Shown: piece by piece, positions 1 to 10,408 of the stretch
Position numbering within the stretch: position 1 is the first letter of the stretch
Layout: every line of letters begins with the position of its first letter
Assembly (NCBI GenBank): GCA_964587725.1
Contig: CAZPLO010000001.1
Location: 128,001 to 192,000 of the forward strand
DNA: 64,000 nucleotides
DNA from: an uncultured archaeon
GTDB taxonomy: Archaea > Altiarchaeota > Altiarchaeia > IMC4 > SCGC-AAA252-I15
Direction: 5' to 3'
The notes under the pieces: generated by a model
The model's input: only the letters and a program-made list of their open reading frames with translations
Databases searched by the model: none
Told to the model about the DNA's origin: nothing
Program-made: the position numbers and the translations under genes

Positions 1-16
1 AAAAAGATAAAATGCG

Positions 17-607
17 TCAGTCGTTCAGCGGCCACAGCTCCATGTTCCGCGGGTAAATCCTCGCCGGAATCTCCATCTTCAACTCCGTCGGCAGCCCGTG
101 AGACGGTATGATGGTGAAGCGGGAGTCCATGTCCTCCACACTTCCTACGAGGTTAGCTCCGGTGAAACGCAGTTCCGCCAGGTCTCCCGCGTGGAGGTAT
201 CCCCGCTCCCATTCGGAACCCATGCGGACGTATGTTATCGTGTACTCACAGCCGGCTAGGGCGTCGGGGCCGTAGTCAAGGGAGGTGCAGTTAACGACTG
301 CCGAGTCGCAGAGGAACACGGTGCGGTTGAAGTTTATTGGGTCGTCTCCCCAGTGTAGGCGTACCACGAACGCGAGGCGGTCTATGATGGTGTCCCTGTC
401 CTCGTCCCATCCCTTGGCCATCTCCACTATTATTGGGTGCTGTATGCTCTCCGTCTTCTCCCGCTGGGTCTGCTCGTCACGCCGCACAAGAGACTGGGTG
501 GTGGTTATTATCGCCAACGCCGCGACAGACACAGCCAAGAGTATGGCTATCAGCATTATGAGGGCGCCCATGCCGGTCAATCCTCTTTTACCGAGTCTAG
601 AACCCAT
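17..607 (-). CDS. Archaellin/type IV pilin-like protein with class III signal peptide
   Basis: N-terminus KRG|LTGMGALIMLIAILLAVSVAALAII resembles the archaellin cleavage site and hydrophobic helix; C-terminal LHAGDLAEL and IIPSHGLP are archaellin-like. Confidence 0.7.
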   Translation of the reverse strand: MGSRLGKRGLTGMGALIMLIAILLAVSVAALAIITTTQSLVRRDEQTQREKTESIQHPIIVEMAKGWDEDRDTIIDRLAFVVRLHWGDDPINFNRTVFLCDSAVVNCTSLDYGPDALAGCEYTITYVRMGSEWERGYLHAGDLAELRFTGANLVGSVEDMDSRFTIIPSHGLPTELKMEIPARIYPRNMELWPLND

Positions 608-666
608 TGTTAACTATGTTATAAACAGTTTAAAAAGAGTGTTTTTAATCGATGTATTCAATATAA

Positions 667-1614
667 GTGGGTAGGATGGAGCTGCCTTGGACCGAAAAAT
701 ACCGGCCCGTGAAGTTGGAGGAGATGGTGGGGCAGGATGCAATAGTCGACCGGCTGAAAGCATACGTGGAAGCTGAGAGTATGCCCCATCTGTTGTTCGC
801 GGGGCCTGCGGGGGTGGGGAAGACCACGGCGGCCATGTGCATAGCCAACGAACTCTTCGGCGACATCACCCACGACTTCCTCGAACTCAACGCATCTGAT
901 GAGCGCGGCATAGACGTGGTGAGGAGCAAGATAAAGGATTTCGCCCGCACCAAACCGTTGAACGGCGACTTTAAGATAATATTCTTGGATGAATCAGACT
1001 CCCTCACCAACGACGCCCAGAACGCGTTGAGGAGGACTATGGAGAAGTACACCGGCAGCTGCAGGTTCATCTTATCGTGCAACTACTCCAGCAAAATCAT
1101 AGAGCCCATACAGAGCAGATGCGCTGTATTCAGGTTCACCCGGCTGCCGAAGGATGCGGTGAAAGAGTACTTGGAGAAGATACTCCGGGAGGAGGGGGTG
1201 AAATACGACGCGGCCGGTTTGGACGCTATACTCTACGTTAGCGAAGGCGACATGAGGAAGGCCATCAACGTACTGCAGAGTGCAGCCGCCCTGGGGGAGG
1301 CATATGAGGAGAACGTGTACTCGATAACCACCAGGGCGCGGCCGGAGGACATCCGCGACCTCCTGAATCTGGCGCTGTCCGGCAAGTTCATCGACGCAAG
1401 GAACCTGCTTGACAGGCTCATGCTCACGGTGGGGTTGAGTGGGGAGGACATTCTGTTGCAGATGAACAGGGAGGCGATGAACCTTGACGCGGACGACAAG
1501 GTGAAGGTGAGGATAATAGACTACGTGGGCGAGGCGAACTTTACTTTGGTTGAGGGAGCCAACGAACGCATACAGTTGGAGGCGCTGCTCGCCCGACTAG
1601 CCCTACTCAAGTAA
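667..1614 (+). CDS. rfcS: Replication factor C small subunit
   Basis: PWTEKYRP, Walker A GPAGVGKT, ELNASDERG, DESD, SRC motif; start GTG667 or ATG676; no intein. Confidence 0.97.
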   Translation: MGRMELPWTEKYRPVKLEEMVGQDAIVDRLKAYVEAESMPHLLFAGPAGVGKTTAAMCIANELFGDITHDFLELNASDERGIDVVRSKIKDFARTKPLNGDFKIIFLDESDSLTNDAQNALRRTMEKYTGSCRFILSCNYSSKIIEPIQSRCAVFRFTRLPKDAVKEYLEKILREEGVKYDAAGLDAILYVSEGDMRKAINVLQSAAALGEAYEENVYSITTRARPEDIRDLLNLALSGKFIDARNLLDRLMLTVGLSGEDILLQMNREAMNLDADDKVKVRIIDYVGEANFTLVEGANERIQLEALLARLALLK

Positions 1615-1618
1615 AGCT

Positions 1619-2887
1619 ATGACGCGGTTGTTCGGCACTTCAGGGATACGGCGGAGGGTGGATGAGCTGTCAGACGAGTTCGCGGTCAAGCTCGGCCGCG
1701 CATTCGGCTCCTGCTTCGACCCCGACATAGCGGTGGGCCGTGATACGCGAAAGAGCGGCCCCCGGCTGGAGAGCGCATTCAACGCCGGGCTGCTTTCAAC
1801 CGGCACCGACGTCACGGAACTTGGGGTCGTTCCAACCCCGACCGTCGGCGTCGCAACCGCTGAAATAGGTTTGGGGGCGGTGGTCACCGCATCCCATAAC
1901 CCCCCGGAATACAACGGGTTCAAGTTCTTCGACGAACAGGGGGCGTTCAGACCAGACGAGGAGGACAGGGTCCAGGAGAAAATGGAGTCCGGGTCTTTCC
2001 GTGACGGAGCCGGCTCACTCACCGACGCAGACTACGTAAGCAGACACATACAGCTGATAGTGGATGCCATAGGTGAAGCGGAGGGTGTGAAAGTCTTTCT
2101 GGACTGCGCCGGCGGAGCAGGCAGCGTCGTAACCCCGCTGCTGTTGCGCGAACTGGGGTGTGAAGTCGATGTGGTGAACGACAACCTCGACGGCGTATTC
2201 CCCCACCCCCTGGAGCCGACAGCCGAAAATTTGTCTGACACACTTAAGCAGGCCGCCAAATCAGGTTGTGACGTGGCGTTCGCCCACGACGGCGACGCAG
2301 ACCGCACCTGCGCCATAGACGACAAGGGGGGGATGATAGAGTGGGACACGTTCCTCACCGCGTTAGCTTCCCAGTCCAAGAAGGTGGTGACGACTGTGGA
2401 CGCGTCCATGAGGGTGGAGGAGTACTGCAGGAAAGTCTACCGGGTTCCCGTAGGCGACGTGGCGGTCGCAGAAGGCATACGCAGACACAACGCCGGGTTC
2501 GGAGGCGAACCCAGCGGAACGTATATTTTCCCGGACGTGCACATGTACCCCGACGGAGTCGCAACCGTCGCCAAAACAGTGAAGATGGTGGCAGACGGCT
2601 TATTCTACGACCTAGTGAAAGAAATTCCGTCGTATCCAATGGAGCGTGTGAAGATGCCGTGCAAGGCCCATGAGAAGGGAAAAATCATGGATAATTTGAT
2701 AAAAAACCTCAAGGGTTTGGATTTCACGGACGTCGACGGAGTCCGCCTGGAAGAAGACTACGGATGGGTTCTGATTCGGCCGTCAGGCACGGAAGACTAC
2801 ATCCGCGTGACCGCGGAAGCTAAGACGCGGGAGAAACTAGACGAACTCGTCAAAAAAGGGAAACATTGGGTCAACGGCGCATGTTAG
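1619..2887 (+). CDS. glmM: Phosphoglucosamine mutase / phosphohexomutase
   Basis: LFGTSGIR, TASHNP phosphoserine loop, DGDADR metal loop, RPSGTE. Confidence 0.9.
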   Translation: MTRLFGTSGIRRRVDELSDEFAVKLGRAFGSCFDPDIAVGRDTRKSGPRLESAFNAGLLSTGTDVTELGVVPTPTVGVATAEIGLGAVVTASHNPPEYNGFKFFDEQGAFRPDEEDRVQEKMESGSFRDGAGSLTDADYVSRHIQLIVDAIGEAEGVKVFLDCAGGAGSVVTPLLLRELGCEVDVVNDNLDGVFPHPLEPTAENLSDTLKQAAKSGCDVAFAHDGDADRTCAIDDKGGMIEWDTFLTALASQSKKVVTTVDASMRVEEYCRKVYRVPVGDVAVAEGIRRHNAGFGGEPSGTYIFPDVHMYPDGVATVAKTVKMVADGLFYDLVKEIPSYPMERVKMPCKAHEKGKIMDNLIKNLKGLDFTDVDGVRLEEDYGWVLIRPSGTEDYIRVTAEAKTREKLDELVKKGKHWVNGAC

Positions 2888-3303
2888 GTGTCGCAGATTA
2901 CTTCTATAACCCATCCCCCACCTCTTTCCTCCGCAACCAGTTCATGGTATGTCACGGCCTTCACCTCCTTCACCATCTCGTGTCGTTTGGGGTCGTATTT
3001 CTCGCCCCTCACCTTGGCGTGGAGGCGGTATCCCATAGCCTCCTTCACTTCGAGGTCGAATTCAGTGAACAACAGATTTTCTGTGGCGAACAAGTACACC
3101 AGCTCCTGCAGGAAGTCCCTGGCCAGAATCTGCGGCTTATGGATGGTTATGGTGAACTCTCGTTCCACCTTCGGCTCTATGACGCTGTCGCCGGCCATCG
3201 CCTCCGTCAACGCACGGGCGGCCTCAGCCAACACCCCCTCCAACGTGGAGGCGGAGGCCCGGAACTTCAGATCGGCTGTGTGCTCCAGGAACTCGTAAGC
3301 CAT
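2884..3303 (-). CDS. Archease
   Basis: YEFLEHTAD, VKAVTYH, C-terminal ICDT; start moved to ATG3303. Confidence 0.95.
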   Translation of the reverse strand: MAYEFLEHTADLKFRASASTLEGVLAEAARALTEAMAGDSVIEPKVEREFTITIHKPQILARDFLQELVYLFATENLLFTEFDLEVKEAMGYRLHAKVRGEKYDPKRHEMVKEVKAVTYHELVAEERGGGWVIEVICDT

Positions 3304-3304
3304 C

Positions 3305-3493
3305 TTAAATGTCCTTGTCGATGACATCCAGTATCTGCGTCTTGACCGTTGTCTTGCCACCTGTGGACTCCGCCAGCGGCTTCTCGCACACCAGGCACTT
3401 CAGCTTTTTGGTTGCGGCTGCGCCGAATATTACCTGCTCGTTGCCGCAGTCGTTGCACCTCACCTTAAGAAACCTGCTTTTAGTGCCAGACAT
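3305..3493 (-). CDS. rps27e: 30S ribosomal protein S27e
   Basis: [18 protein letters not shown]...CLVC...TGGK; start ATG3493. Confidence 0.96.
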   Translation of the reverse strand: MSGTKSRFLKVRCNDCGNEQVIFGAAATKKLKCLVCEKPLAESTGGKTTVKTQILDVIDKDI

Positions 3494-3774
3494 CACCCAA
3501 CCTCCGGAGTCTTCTTCGTCCGCGCCGAATACAGCTTCTGATGTTTCTTCTTGCAGTCGTTGCACTGCAGCACCAGCAGAACCCTCTTGCCCACCTTGTA
3601 GTTGGGTTTCTTCGGAGTCCGCGGGCTCCCGCCGTATCCTTTCTTCACTTCCTCGTACTTTCGGCGGCCGCGGTTCATGCTCCGCTCCTTACCCTTCCTG
3701 TTCAACCTCACCATATGCACGGTGTGTTTGTTGCAGCTGGGGCAGTGGGTTCTGATTTTATCCGGGATTTTCAC
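3493..3774 (-). CDS. rpl44e: 50S ribosomal protein L44e
   Basis: [15 protein letters not shown]...GYGG...LQCNDC; GTG start 3774; adjacent to S27e. Confidence 0.96.
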   Translation of the reverse strand: MKIPDKIRTHCPSCNKHTVHMVRLNRKGKERSMNRGRRKYEEVKKGYGGSPRTPKKPNYKVGKRVLLVLQCNDCKKKHQKLYSARTKKTPEVG

Positions 3775-3813
3775 GGTAGCAATATAATATGATGTCATGC
3801 TTTAAAAGCGGTT

Positions 3814-4305
3814 TCAGGCTTTTTCAGCCGCATCCCTCTGAATAAGGAGGTTTGCACTGTCCTCCGGCAGCTCCACCACGTCGTCGACGCGGAAAGGCCC
3901 GTACTCCTTCGAATTGGATGCGACGATGGCGGGCAGCGCCTGCTTCATGCGCACCTTCAACGTCGGCTTAGACACGTCCTCCACCTCAACCACCTTGTCC
4001 AGGACGCTTTTACGATTTTCGGAGACTGCAGCGAGAACGCTCCTATACAACTCCATCTCCTCAGGCAACGCGTTCTCAGGCGGCTTAGTGGAGGAACCGG
4101 CGCGGCCGGCGTAGTGGATTACCTTGTTAGCGCGGAGATAATATAGTTTCTCCAGGTACTCTTTCACCGTGTCCTCGTATTCGCCTACTTCGGGGCTGGC
4201 TGCTAGCTTCCTCGCGTCCGCATAAAAGTCTTTCGGCAGCTTCTGGAGTACGGGGCTGGCGCGCTCCATACGGTAGGCCTTCTCCAGGTCGGCGTAGGAC
4301 ATCAT
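3814..4305 (-). CDS. GINS complex subunit (Gins15/51-like)
   Basis: LQKLPKDFY, R.NK A-domain and YGPF..DDVVELP B-domain; conserved GINS-L44e-S27e neighbourhood. Confidence 0.8.
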   Translation of the reverse strand: MMSYADLEKAYRMERASPVLQKLPKDFYADARKLAASPEVGEYEDTVKEYLEKLYYLRANKVIHYAGRAGSSTKPPENALPEEMELYRSVLAAVSENRKSVLDKVVEVEDVSKPTLKVRMKQALPAIVASNSKEYGPFRVDDVVELPEDSANLLIQRDAAEKA

Positions 4306-4307
4306 CT

Positions 4308-5699
4308 TCACAAATAGCTGGAACCCATCTTCCCGTATTCGGGGTTGATTATCTGGTCTTTCTCGATGCCCTTCCACACGCTCCCGTAGCGTTCCTGCAG
4401 CTGATACTCTATGGGCTTGGACTCGTCTATCGCCGCCTGTATGTGCTCCACCTCGATGAGTTCGGAGCCCTCGTCCTTCGCCAGGTCGCCTGCCAGGCGG
4501 ATGACGCCACCCAAGTCCCTTAACCTGAGCGTCAGCGAGTTCCGTTTGTCGTCTATCACCTTGGCCCGCTTCGCAGCCTCCTCTATCACCGCCTCGACTG
4601 CGTCGCGGGTGGCGTGCGGTATCTTCCCGTCCTTCACAACCTCCTGCGCAACGAACTGCGCCATGTAAGCGCGGTTGACTTCGTTGTCGTCCATGGCCGT
4701 CTCCAACAGTATCTCGTATCCGTTCCCCAGAATCCTAGAGCGCAACGGCGGCAAGATGTCCTGGACATCCTTTATGTTGCAGGCGCCCACGAACAAAAAA
4801 TCGCATGGGACGTCCTCCACCTTGATGGATGCGCCGCCGGACTGAGGGTTCCTGCCCGTCACCGGAAACCGCTTCTCCTGCATCGCCGTGAGAATATAAT
4901 TCTGGAGGTCGGAGAGGTGCGGCAGCTCGTCTATGAACAACACACCCTCATGGGCTTCGTGTATCGCGCCGGGTATGACACGCAGGTACGCAGGCGTCCC
5001 GATTTCAGGGTGCATTCCGTACGGGTCGTGCCGGACATCCCCCAACAACTCAACCTCGCTGGCTCCGGTGGCGTGGACGAAGTTTTTCCTGCTCAACGGC
5101 ACAAGCGTATGCCGCTTCACCTTGCCTTTGACGGCCGACGACGGATCCTGTCCAGTGACCTTTATGTTGGAGCCCTTTCGCCTATAGGTTACGGTGTGTT
5201 CGGTGCCATCCGCTCCATAATATGAGGCGTTGATTTCATCCCGCTTGGTGATGCGCTCGAATTTGTCTGCCCCGCATCTCCCACATTTCCGGGAACCCCT
5301 TTTGTCGACTGCCCCGCAGACCGGGCACTTGAAGCCCAGCTGCTCCGCCACGTACGCTGGAACGTCTTCGGGGCCTAATGTCTCAACACTGCTCTGGCGT
5401 TTCACCACCTCCACGTACGGCTTCTGCGGGTTCTGGGGGTTGTGGACTACGTTCACCTGCTCCGTGGGCTTCGACAAATGGTTGGCGAGCGCCTGCGCCA
5501 GCATGCTCTTCCCCACCCCCGGCGGCCCCACCAGCAGTAGGTGGCGGCGCTGCTTGATTGCCAGATGGACTTTTCTGACCGCGTTAGGCTGCCCTATAAC
5601 CTGGTCCAGAATGTCCTTGGGTATGGGTATGTCCTTGGTTATTTCGACGTCCTTAAGCGGCTTCGGGCCTTCAGATTTTTTCCCCTTCTTCTTCGCCAT
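4308..5699 (-). CDS. LonB-like AAA+ ATPase lacking the protease domain, with Zn-ribbon insert
   Basis: DQVIGQ, GPPGVGKS, LLGDVRHDP, VLFIDE, LRSR match LonB at 31612-33519; CPVC..CGRC insert; no GDSAS/K dyad. Confidence 0.85.
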   Translation of the reverse strand: MAKKKGKKSEGPKPLKDVEITKDIPIPKDILDQVIGQPNAVRKVHLAIKQRRHLLLVGPPGVGKSMLAQALANHLSKPTEQVNVVHNPQNPQKPYVEVVKRQSSVETLGPEDVPAYVAEQLGFKCPVCGAVDKRGSRKCGRCGADKFERITKRDEINASYYGADGTEHTVTYRRKGSNIKVTGQDPSSAVKGKVKRHTLVPLSRKNFVHATGASEVELLGDVRHDPYGMHPEIGTPAYLRVIPGAIHEAHEGVLFIDELPHLSDLQNYILTAMQEKRFPVTGRNPQSGGASIKVEDVPCDFLFVGACNIKDVQDILPPLRSRILGNGYEILLETAMDDNEVNRAYMAQFVAQEVVKDGKIPHATRDAVEAVIEEAAKRAKVIDDKRNSLTLRLRDLGGVIRLAGDLAKDEGSELIEVEHIQAAIDESKPIEYQLQERYGSVWKGIEKDQIINPEYGKMGSSYL

Positions 5700-5725
5700 C
5701 AATTACATAATAGGTGTGCGCTGCG

Positions 5726-6262
5726 TTATATACTGGATAGCAGGATACCCACTGCCTCCAGAAGGTCGGCGGCCCTGTAGTCCGGTTCCACGTCGTATAA
5801 TCCGTCGCCGCCACCGTATCCCGTGGAAACCAGTACGGTCTTGCAGCCGGCGGCGGAGCCGGTGAGAATGTCTTTGGTGTTGTCCCCTATCATCCACGAC
5901 TCCTTGAGGTTTAGGCCGTATGTTTCGGCGGCGAGATCCAGCATCCCCGTCTCCGGCTTTCGGCAGCCGCAGCCGTCGCTGGGGCGGTGGGTGCACACGT
6001 AAACGGCATCCAGTCTCCCGCCTGCGACCTCTACTTCGGCGAGCATGCGTTCGTTGATTTCCTCCAGGGCCCCAGCATCCAATACGCCGCGGCCGACGCC
6101 GCTCTGGTTTGTTACAACGATAATCCTGTAGTCGGATTCGGCGAGCTTCCTGAACGCCTCCAACACGTTGGGTAGGAAACGGAACGTGCTCCACGACTTC
6201 ACGTATCCGCCGGTGTGGTCGTTGATGGTTCCGTCGCGGTCTATGAACACGGCCCGGTTCAT
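5726..6262 (-). CDS. gmhB: D,D-heptose 1,7-bisphosphate phosphatase (HAD IIIA)
   Basis: AVFIDRDGTIN, TNQSG, C.H....C.CRKP, MIGD; start ATG6262. Confidence 0.9.
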   Translation of the reverse strand: MNRAVFIDRDGTINDHTGGYVKSWSTFRFLPNVLEAFRKLAESDYRIIVVTNQSGVGRGVLDAGALEEINERMLAEVEVAGGRLDAVYVCTHRPSDGCGCRKPETGMLDLAAETYGLNLKESWMIGDNTKDILTGSAAGCKTVLVSTGYGGGDGLYDVEPDYRAADLLEAVGILLSSI

Positions 6263-6831
6263 TCTCCAAACAGTTCTTCCTCCACCAGCCCGCAGACCAC
6301 GTGGGCCGCAGTTATGTGGCCCTCCTGTATGCGGGGCGTGTCTTCGGAGTCGACCATAATACATACGTCAGACAAGCCGGCCAGCTTCTTGCCCTTAGAG
6401 CCTGTGAAGCCTATGACCATCATGCCCTTCTTCTTGGCGGACTCCACCGCCTTCAGCACGTTAGGTGATGTGCCGCTGGTGGAGAACGCCAGCAGCACGT
6501 CTCCTTCCACACCCAACGCCTCCACCTGACGCGAGAATATTACGCCGCCACCGTAGTCGTTGGCCAACGCGGTCAGTATGGACGTGTCGGTCGTCAACGC
6601 TACCGCATGGAGGGCGTTGCGCTCCATCTTGTAGCGGCCGACGAACTCCGCCGCGATATGCTGGCAGTCCGCCGCGCTGCCTCCGTTCCCACACAACAAA
6701 ACCTTCCCGCCGGAACGGAACGTTTCCACGATGAGTTCGGCGGCGGCCACGATGTCGTCGGCCGACAACTTTTCCAGCGCCTCAACACTGTCTGCCACGA
6801 GTTTCACCGCTTTTTCCTTCATCGAGTCCAC
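6259..6831 (-). CDS. gmhA: Sedoheptulose 7-phosphate isomerase
   Basis: CGNGGSAADCQHIAAE, LANDYG, STSG.SPNV, RIQEGH. Confidence 0.95.
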   Translation of the reverse strand: MDSMKEKAVKLVADSVEALEKLSADDIVAAAELIVETFRSGGKVLLCGNGGSAADCQHIAAEFVGRYKMERNALHAVALTTDTSILTALANDYGGGVIFSRQVEALGVEGDVLLAFSTSGTSPNVLKAVESAKKKGMMVIGFTGSKGKKLAGLSDVCIMVDSEDTPRIQEGHITAAHVVCGLVEEELFGE

Positions 6832-6871
6832 GGAGGTTATATTGGATACTTTTTATTAAATAACCCATAAA

Positions 6872-7549
6872 ATGCAGGCCTCGGTTGTGGTGCCCACATA
6901 CAATGAACGAGAAAATCTGAAAACGCTGGTGGAGAGAATATTCTCCGCAGCCGACGTAGAAGTCGTGGTGGTGGACGACGGAAGTCCCGACGGCACCGGC
7001 GAGTTAGCCGACCGGCTGGCTGAAGCATACAACATGAATGTCTTGCATCGGACCGGCAAACTGGGGCTGGCGTCCGCCATGCTCGCTGGACTGGAAGCGT
7101 CATCCAATGAGGTTGTCGGGTTCATCGACGCGGACTTGAGCCATCCGCCGGAGCTTATGCCAAAGCTCCTGAAGGAAGTGGATGACGGGGCCGACGTCGT
7201 GTTCGCCAGCAGGTACGCGGGGGCAGGCGGCGTCGAACACTGGCCGTGGCACCGGCGCATGATATCATGGGGCGCTACGATGCTGGCGCGGCCGCTGGCT
7301 CCCGTGAAAGACCCTATGTCCGGCTACTTCTTCATCAAAAAGAACGTGGTGGGGGGCGTGGAACTCGACCCCATAGGGTACAAGCTGGGGTTGGAGATAC
7401 TGGTGAAGGGACACTACAGTAAAGTGGTGGAGGTGCCGTTCATGTTCCGGGATCGCGCAGCCGGAAAAACAAAACTCAACCTCTCGGAGCACTTCAACTA
7501 TTTGAAGCATCTGATGCGCTTGTACGCTTACAGGGTGGGGTTGAAATGA
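6872..7549 (+). CDS. Polyprenol-phosphate glycosyltransferase (GT2, DPM1-like)
   Basis: VVPTYNE, VDDGSPDGT, DADLSHPP, DPMSG, EVPF.F.DR. Confidence 0.92.
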   Translation: MQASVVVPTYNERENLKTLVERIFSAADVEVVVVDDGSPDGTGELADRLAEAYNMNVLHRTGKLGLASAMLAGLEASSNEVVGFIDADLSHPPELMPKLLKEVDDGADVVFASRYAGAGGVEHWPWHRRMISWGATMLARPLAPVKDPMSGYFFIKKNVVGGVELDPIGYKLGLEILVKGHYSKVVEVPFMFRDRAAGKTKLNLSEHFNYLKHLMRLYAYRVGLK

Positions 7550-7917
7550 AGACTGCGAAGTGGGCTATGGGGTTGGTGCTGTTGAGCACGTTGTCGGCGG
7601 CTTCTGGGCAGATACTCATCAAGACCGGCGTGAACACGTTGCAGGTGGATTTGCCGTCGCTTCTCACCAACTACCCCCTCATCGGCGGATACCTGCTGTA
7701 TGCGTTGAGCGCCGCCATGCTGGTTGCGGCGCTGAAATACGGGGAACTGTCCGTGCTTTATCCCATATACGCGATGAACTACATCTGGGTGTCATTGGCG
7801 TCTCCTGTTTTCTTCCCGTCAGACAGCATGAACCTGGTTAAGTGGGTGGGGGTGGCGGCGATTGTCGCCGGGGTTGCGGTGATAGGCTTCGGAAGCAAAG
7901 GGGGTGAACATGGCTGA
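7546..7917 (+). CDS. Small 4-TM DMT/EamA-family protein (ArnE/F-like)
   Basis: Four hydrophobic helices, GQILIK, GELSVLYP. Confidence 0.75.
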   Translation: MKTAKWAMGLVLLSTLSAASGQILIKTGVNTLQVDLPSLLTNYPLIGGYLLYALSAAMLVAALKYGELSVLYPIYAMNYIWVSLASPVFFPSDSMNLVKWVGVAAIVAGVAVIGFGSKGGEHG

Positions 7918-8257
7918 ACTGTGGTCTGGTCTGCTGGTATTGCTCGCCGCGTTGATAGGCGCGTTCGGGTCAATGTACTTCAAAAAAGGCGCCGACAGAC
8001 TAGAACTAACCGTTCAGGGACTGCTGCGTAACAGCGACCTCATCAAAGGCGTCATAGTGTATGGGACGTCCACGGTGTTCTACGTCATCGGACTTCGAGG
8101 CGGGGAGCTGTCGGTGCTGTTCCCGCTGGTGTCCACAGGCTACGTGTGGGTTAGCCTGTTGTCCGTGAAGTACCTGGGGGAGCGGATGAACGCGATGAAG
8201 TGGGCGGGCATAGGGTTCATCATAGTGGGGGTCACGTTGATAGGTCTCGGCAGCTGA
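7910..8257 (+). CDS. Small 4-TM DMT/EamA-family protein (paralog of the previous gene)
   Basis: GELSVLFP..S.GYVWV, LGE.M...KW.G; GGTGA RBS before ATG7910. Confidence 0.75.
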   Translation: MAELWSGLLVLLAALIGAFGSMYFKKGADRLELTVQGLLRNSDLIKGVIVYGTSTVFYVIGLRGGELSVLFPLVSTGYVWVSLLSVKYLGERMNAMKWAGIGFIIVGVTLIGLGS

Positions 8258-8299
8258 ACGTCTTTTTAGCGGATAGTTTCAGTATATTTGACGACGACC

Positions 8300-10402
8300 A
8301 TGAACTTAGCCGCATCCACCCTGCTGCTGGCGCTGTCTGCGTTGAGCGGCACAGTGTATATCCTGCTGCCGGGCCTGCTGGTATTGAACCGGCTGAAACT
8401 AGTCGACGGAAAAAACAGCCTCACCGAAATCCTGGCGTCGTCTGTAGCATGCGGCACCCTCATAGCAGTCCACATCACATTGGGGCTGACTTTTTCGGGA
8501 CTGTTCACACAGGCGGCGGTGCTGGCGTACGGAATCCTCATACTGCTGGCGTTGGCTGTGGAACGCCCGAGACTTTCGTGGGTAAAGATGCCGCGGGTGA
8601 AATCCACCGGCCTGTCATTAGTGTTGATACTGTATCTACTGCCTGTCTTCACCTACCAGATGATATCGCCGGTGGTGGAGAAGGATGTGAGGGAGCTCAC
8701 CCCCGTCCAGCACCTCATAGAAACAGGCCGTTACACTGAGGTGAGCAACCTAGGGCAGGCCATGTACATCACCGTGTTGGCGCTGGTGAACGCGCCCGCC
8801 GACTGGATACCGGCCTACAATTTCGCGTCGGGATTCAACCCCTGGATTGCATTGATAACGTTGGTAGGCGTGTACCTACTGGTTAAAGAGGTATTCAACA
8901 GGGACGTTGCGCTGGCTGCAACAGCACTGTATTACGTGTTCCCCGTGTACAGCAGGGTCATCGACATGCGGCAGAGCATCATGGCCGTCCCGTTCCTCGC
9001 ATTTTCCCTGTATTATTTCACCCGCTACATGAAGACCGGTGATAGGAAGCTACTGGCCCACTCCGCCATCCACCTGGCTGTGTGCTTCGGCGGCCTCACC
9101 ACATTCATCGCGGGAGTGCTGACCTACATTGCGTTGGCGTTTCTGCTGATGCTGTCTGGCAGAGAATGGGAATCAGTTTCTGAAACGTTCTTCCTCACCA
9201 ACGCCCTGCTGCTGTTCATCGCCCCGTTCGCGATTGAGACGCAGTTCCACACCACATGGGTTAAGGGGTTCATGCTGGCCTTGGCTTCGGCGATTGCGTT
9301 GTTGGCTGTCAGGAAGACGGGATTCCGTTTATCCGCGAGGGCGGCGAAGAAACACGCCGCCGCGATTTTGCTCGTTCTCTCCGTCCTGTCGCTTGCATTA
9401 TTCCATCTGCAGGACGAGAGATTAAGCGGGTGGCCGCTGGACGGCAGCGCATCCTTCATAGGCTACAACCTCGGAGCATACCACGTGTTCAGCCTCCTGG
9501 CGTTAGCGGGCGTGATAGTGTTTTTCATGGACGGCTTCAAGGTGGATGCGGGAGTCGCAATGGTTACAGCCTACCTGACACTGCAGGTGATGTTCCTGGC
9601 GTACGCTGTGGCCGGGGTGGAGGTAATACCAGTCCAACACCTGTGGGACGTGGCCAAGGACGCCCTCCTCTATTTCGCGCCCCTAATCTACTGCATGTAC
9701 GCGGCAAACGGGTTGAATGCTATTTTGGAGGCCGTTAACAGGAGGCGTGCGTTGTTCGCCGCAGCCCTGGTTTTGGTCTTAGTCCCGCATCAGCCGTGGA
9801 CTTACGCGTGGGCGCTGGAGCATCCGTTCCAGATTCCTTCACGGGAGTACGTGCACGGCAAAACCCCGTACCCCGGGGGCATACCCCCCGGCACATACTC
9901 TCTGCCGGAGAAGTACGCGTACATGAGCCTCCGCTACAGAAACACATTCAGCCCCGATGGAAGCAGCTTCCCCGTCACCATCTACGGCCAACAGGAGGCT
10001 GAGGTTTTGAATGCGTTGATGGAAGAAGACAGGGGACTGAAGAACCTGTTCTACGCGGAGGCGTACTCCAGCCGGCTGCCGGAAGGCAAAGGCTTCCTGA
10101 GGGACGCGTACGGCGTCGAAAACGATTTCACGCTGTTCTCGGCTATTGAGAAATACACGGGGATACTGCCTTCCAACATCAGCTTCGCCGGGCTGGAAAA
10201 AACATACGACGGAACACCGGAGGAGAGAACGGCGGTTGTCGACGAGAACAGCATCGGGTGGGTGGTCCACGGCCCCCTGGAGGAGCGCGTGTTCCCCGGC
10301 AGCCGGCGGAAACTGGAATCCGACGACAGCCTGAATGCGGTGGTTGAAACAGAAGACTACGTCGTGTACAGGACGCAGGTATTATATGGTGTTTCACAGT
10401 AG
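8300..10402 (+). CDS. Large polytopic membrane protein, possible GT-C glycosyltransferase
   Basis: More than 12 hydrophobic segments, H...I..TG loop, [13 protein letters not shown]-terminal soluble domain ending ...I.WVV.G...YVVYR. Confidence 0.6.
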   Translation: MNLAASTLLLALSALSGTVYILLPGLLVLNRLKLVDGKNSLTEILASSVACGTLIAVHITLGLTFSGLFTQAAVLAYGILILLALAVERPRLSWVKMPRVKSTGLSLVLILYLLPVFTYQMISPVVEKDVRELTPVQHLIETGRYTEVSNLGQAMYITVLALVNAPADWIPAYNFASGFNPWIALITLVGVYLLVKEVFNRDVALAATALYYVFPVYSRVIDMRQSIMAVPFLAFSLYYFTRYMKTGDRKLLAHSAIHLAVCFGGLTTFIAGVLTYIALAFLLMLSGREWESVSETFFLTNALLLFIAPFAIETQFHTTWVKGFMLALASAIALLAVRKTGFRLSARAAKKHAAAILLVLSVLSLALFHLQDERLSGWPLDGSASFIGYNLGAYHVFSLLALAGVIVFFMDGFKVDAGVAMVTAYLTLQVMFLAYAVAGVEVIPVQHLWDVAKDALLYFAPLIYCMYAANGLNAILEAVNRRRALFAAALVLVLVPHQPWTYAWALEHPFQIPSREYVHGKTPYPGGIPPGTYSLPEKYAYMSLRYRNTFSPDGSSFPVTIYGQQEAEVLNALMEEDRGLKNLFYAEAYSSRLPEGKGFLRDAYGVENDFTLFSAIEKYTGILPSNISFAGLEKTYDGTPEERTAVVDENSIGWVVHGPLEERVFPGSRRKLESDDSLNAVVETEDYVVYRTQVLYGVSQ

Positions 10403-10408
10403 GTTAAG

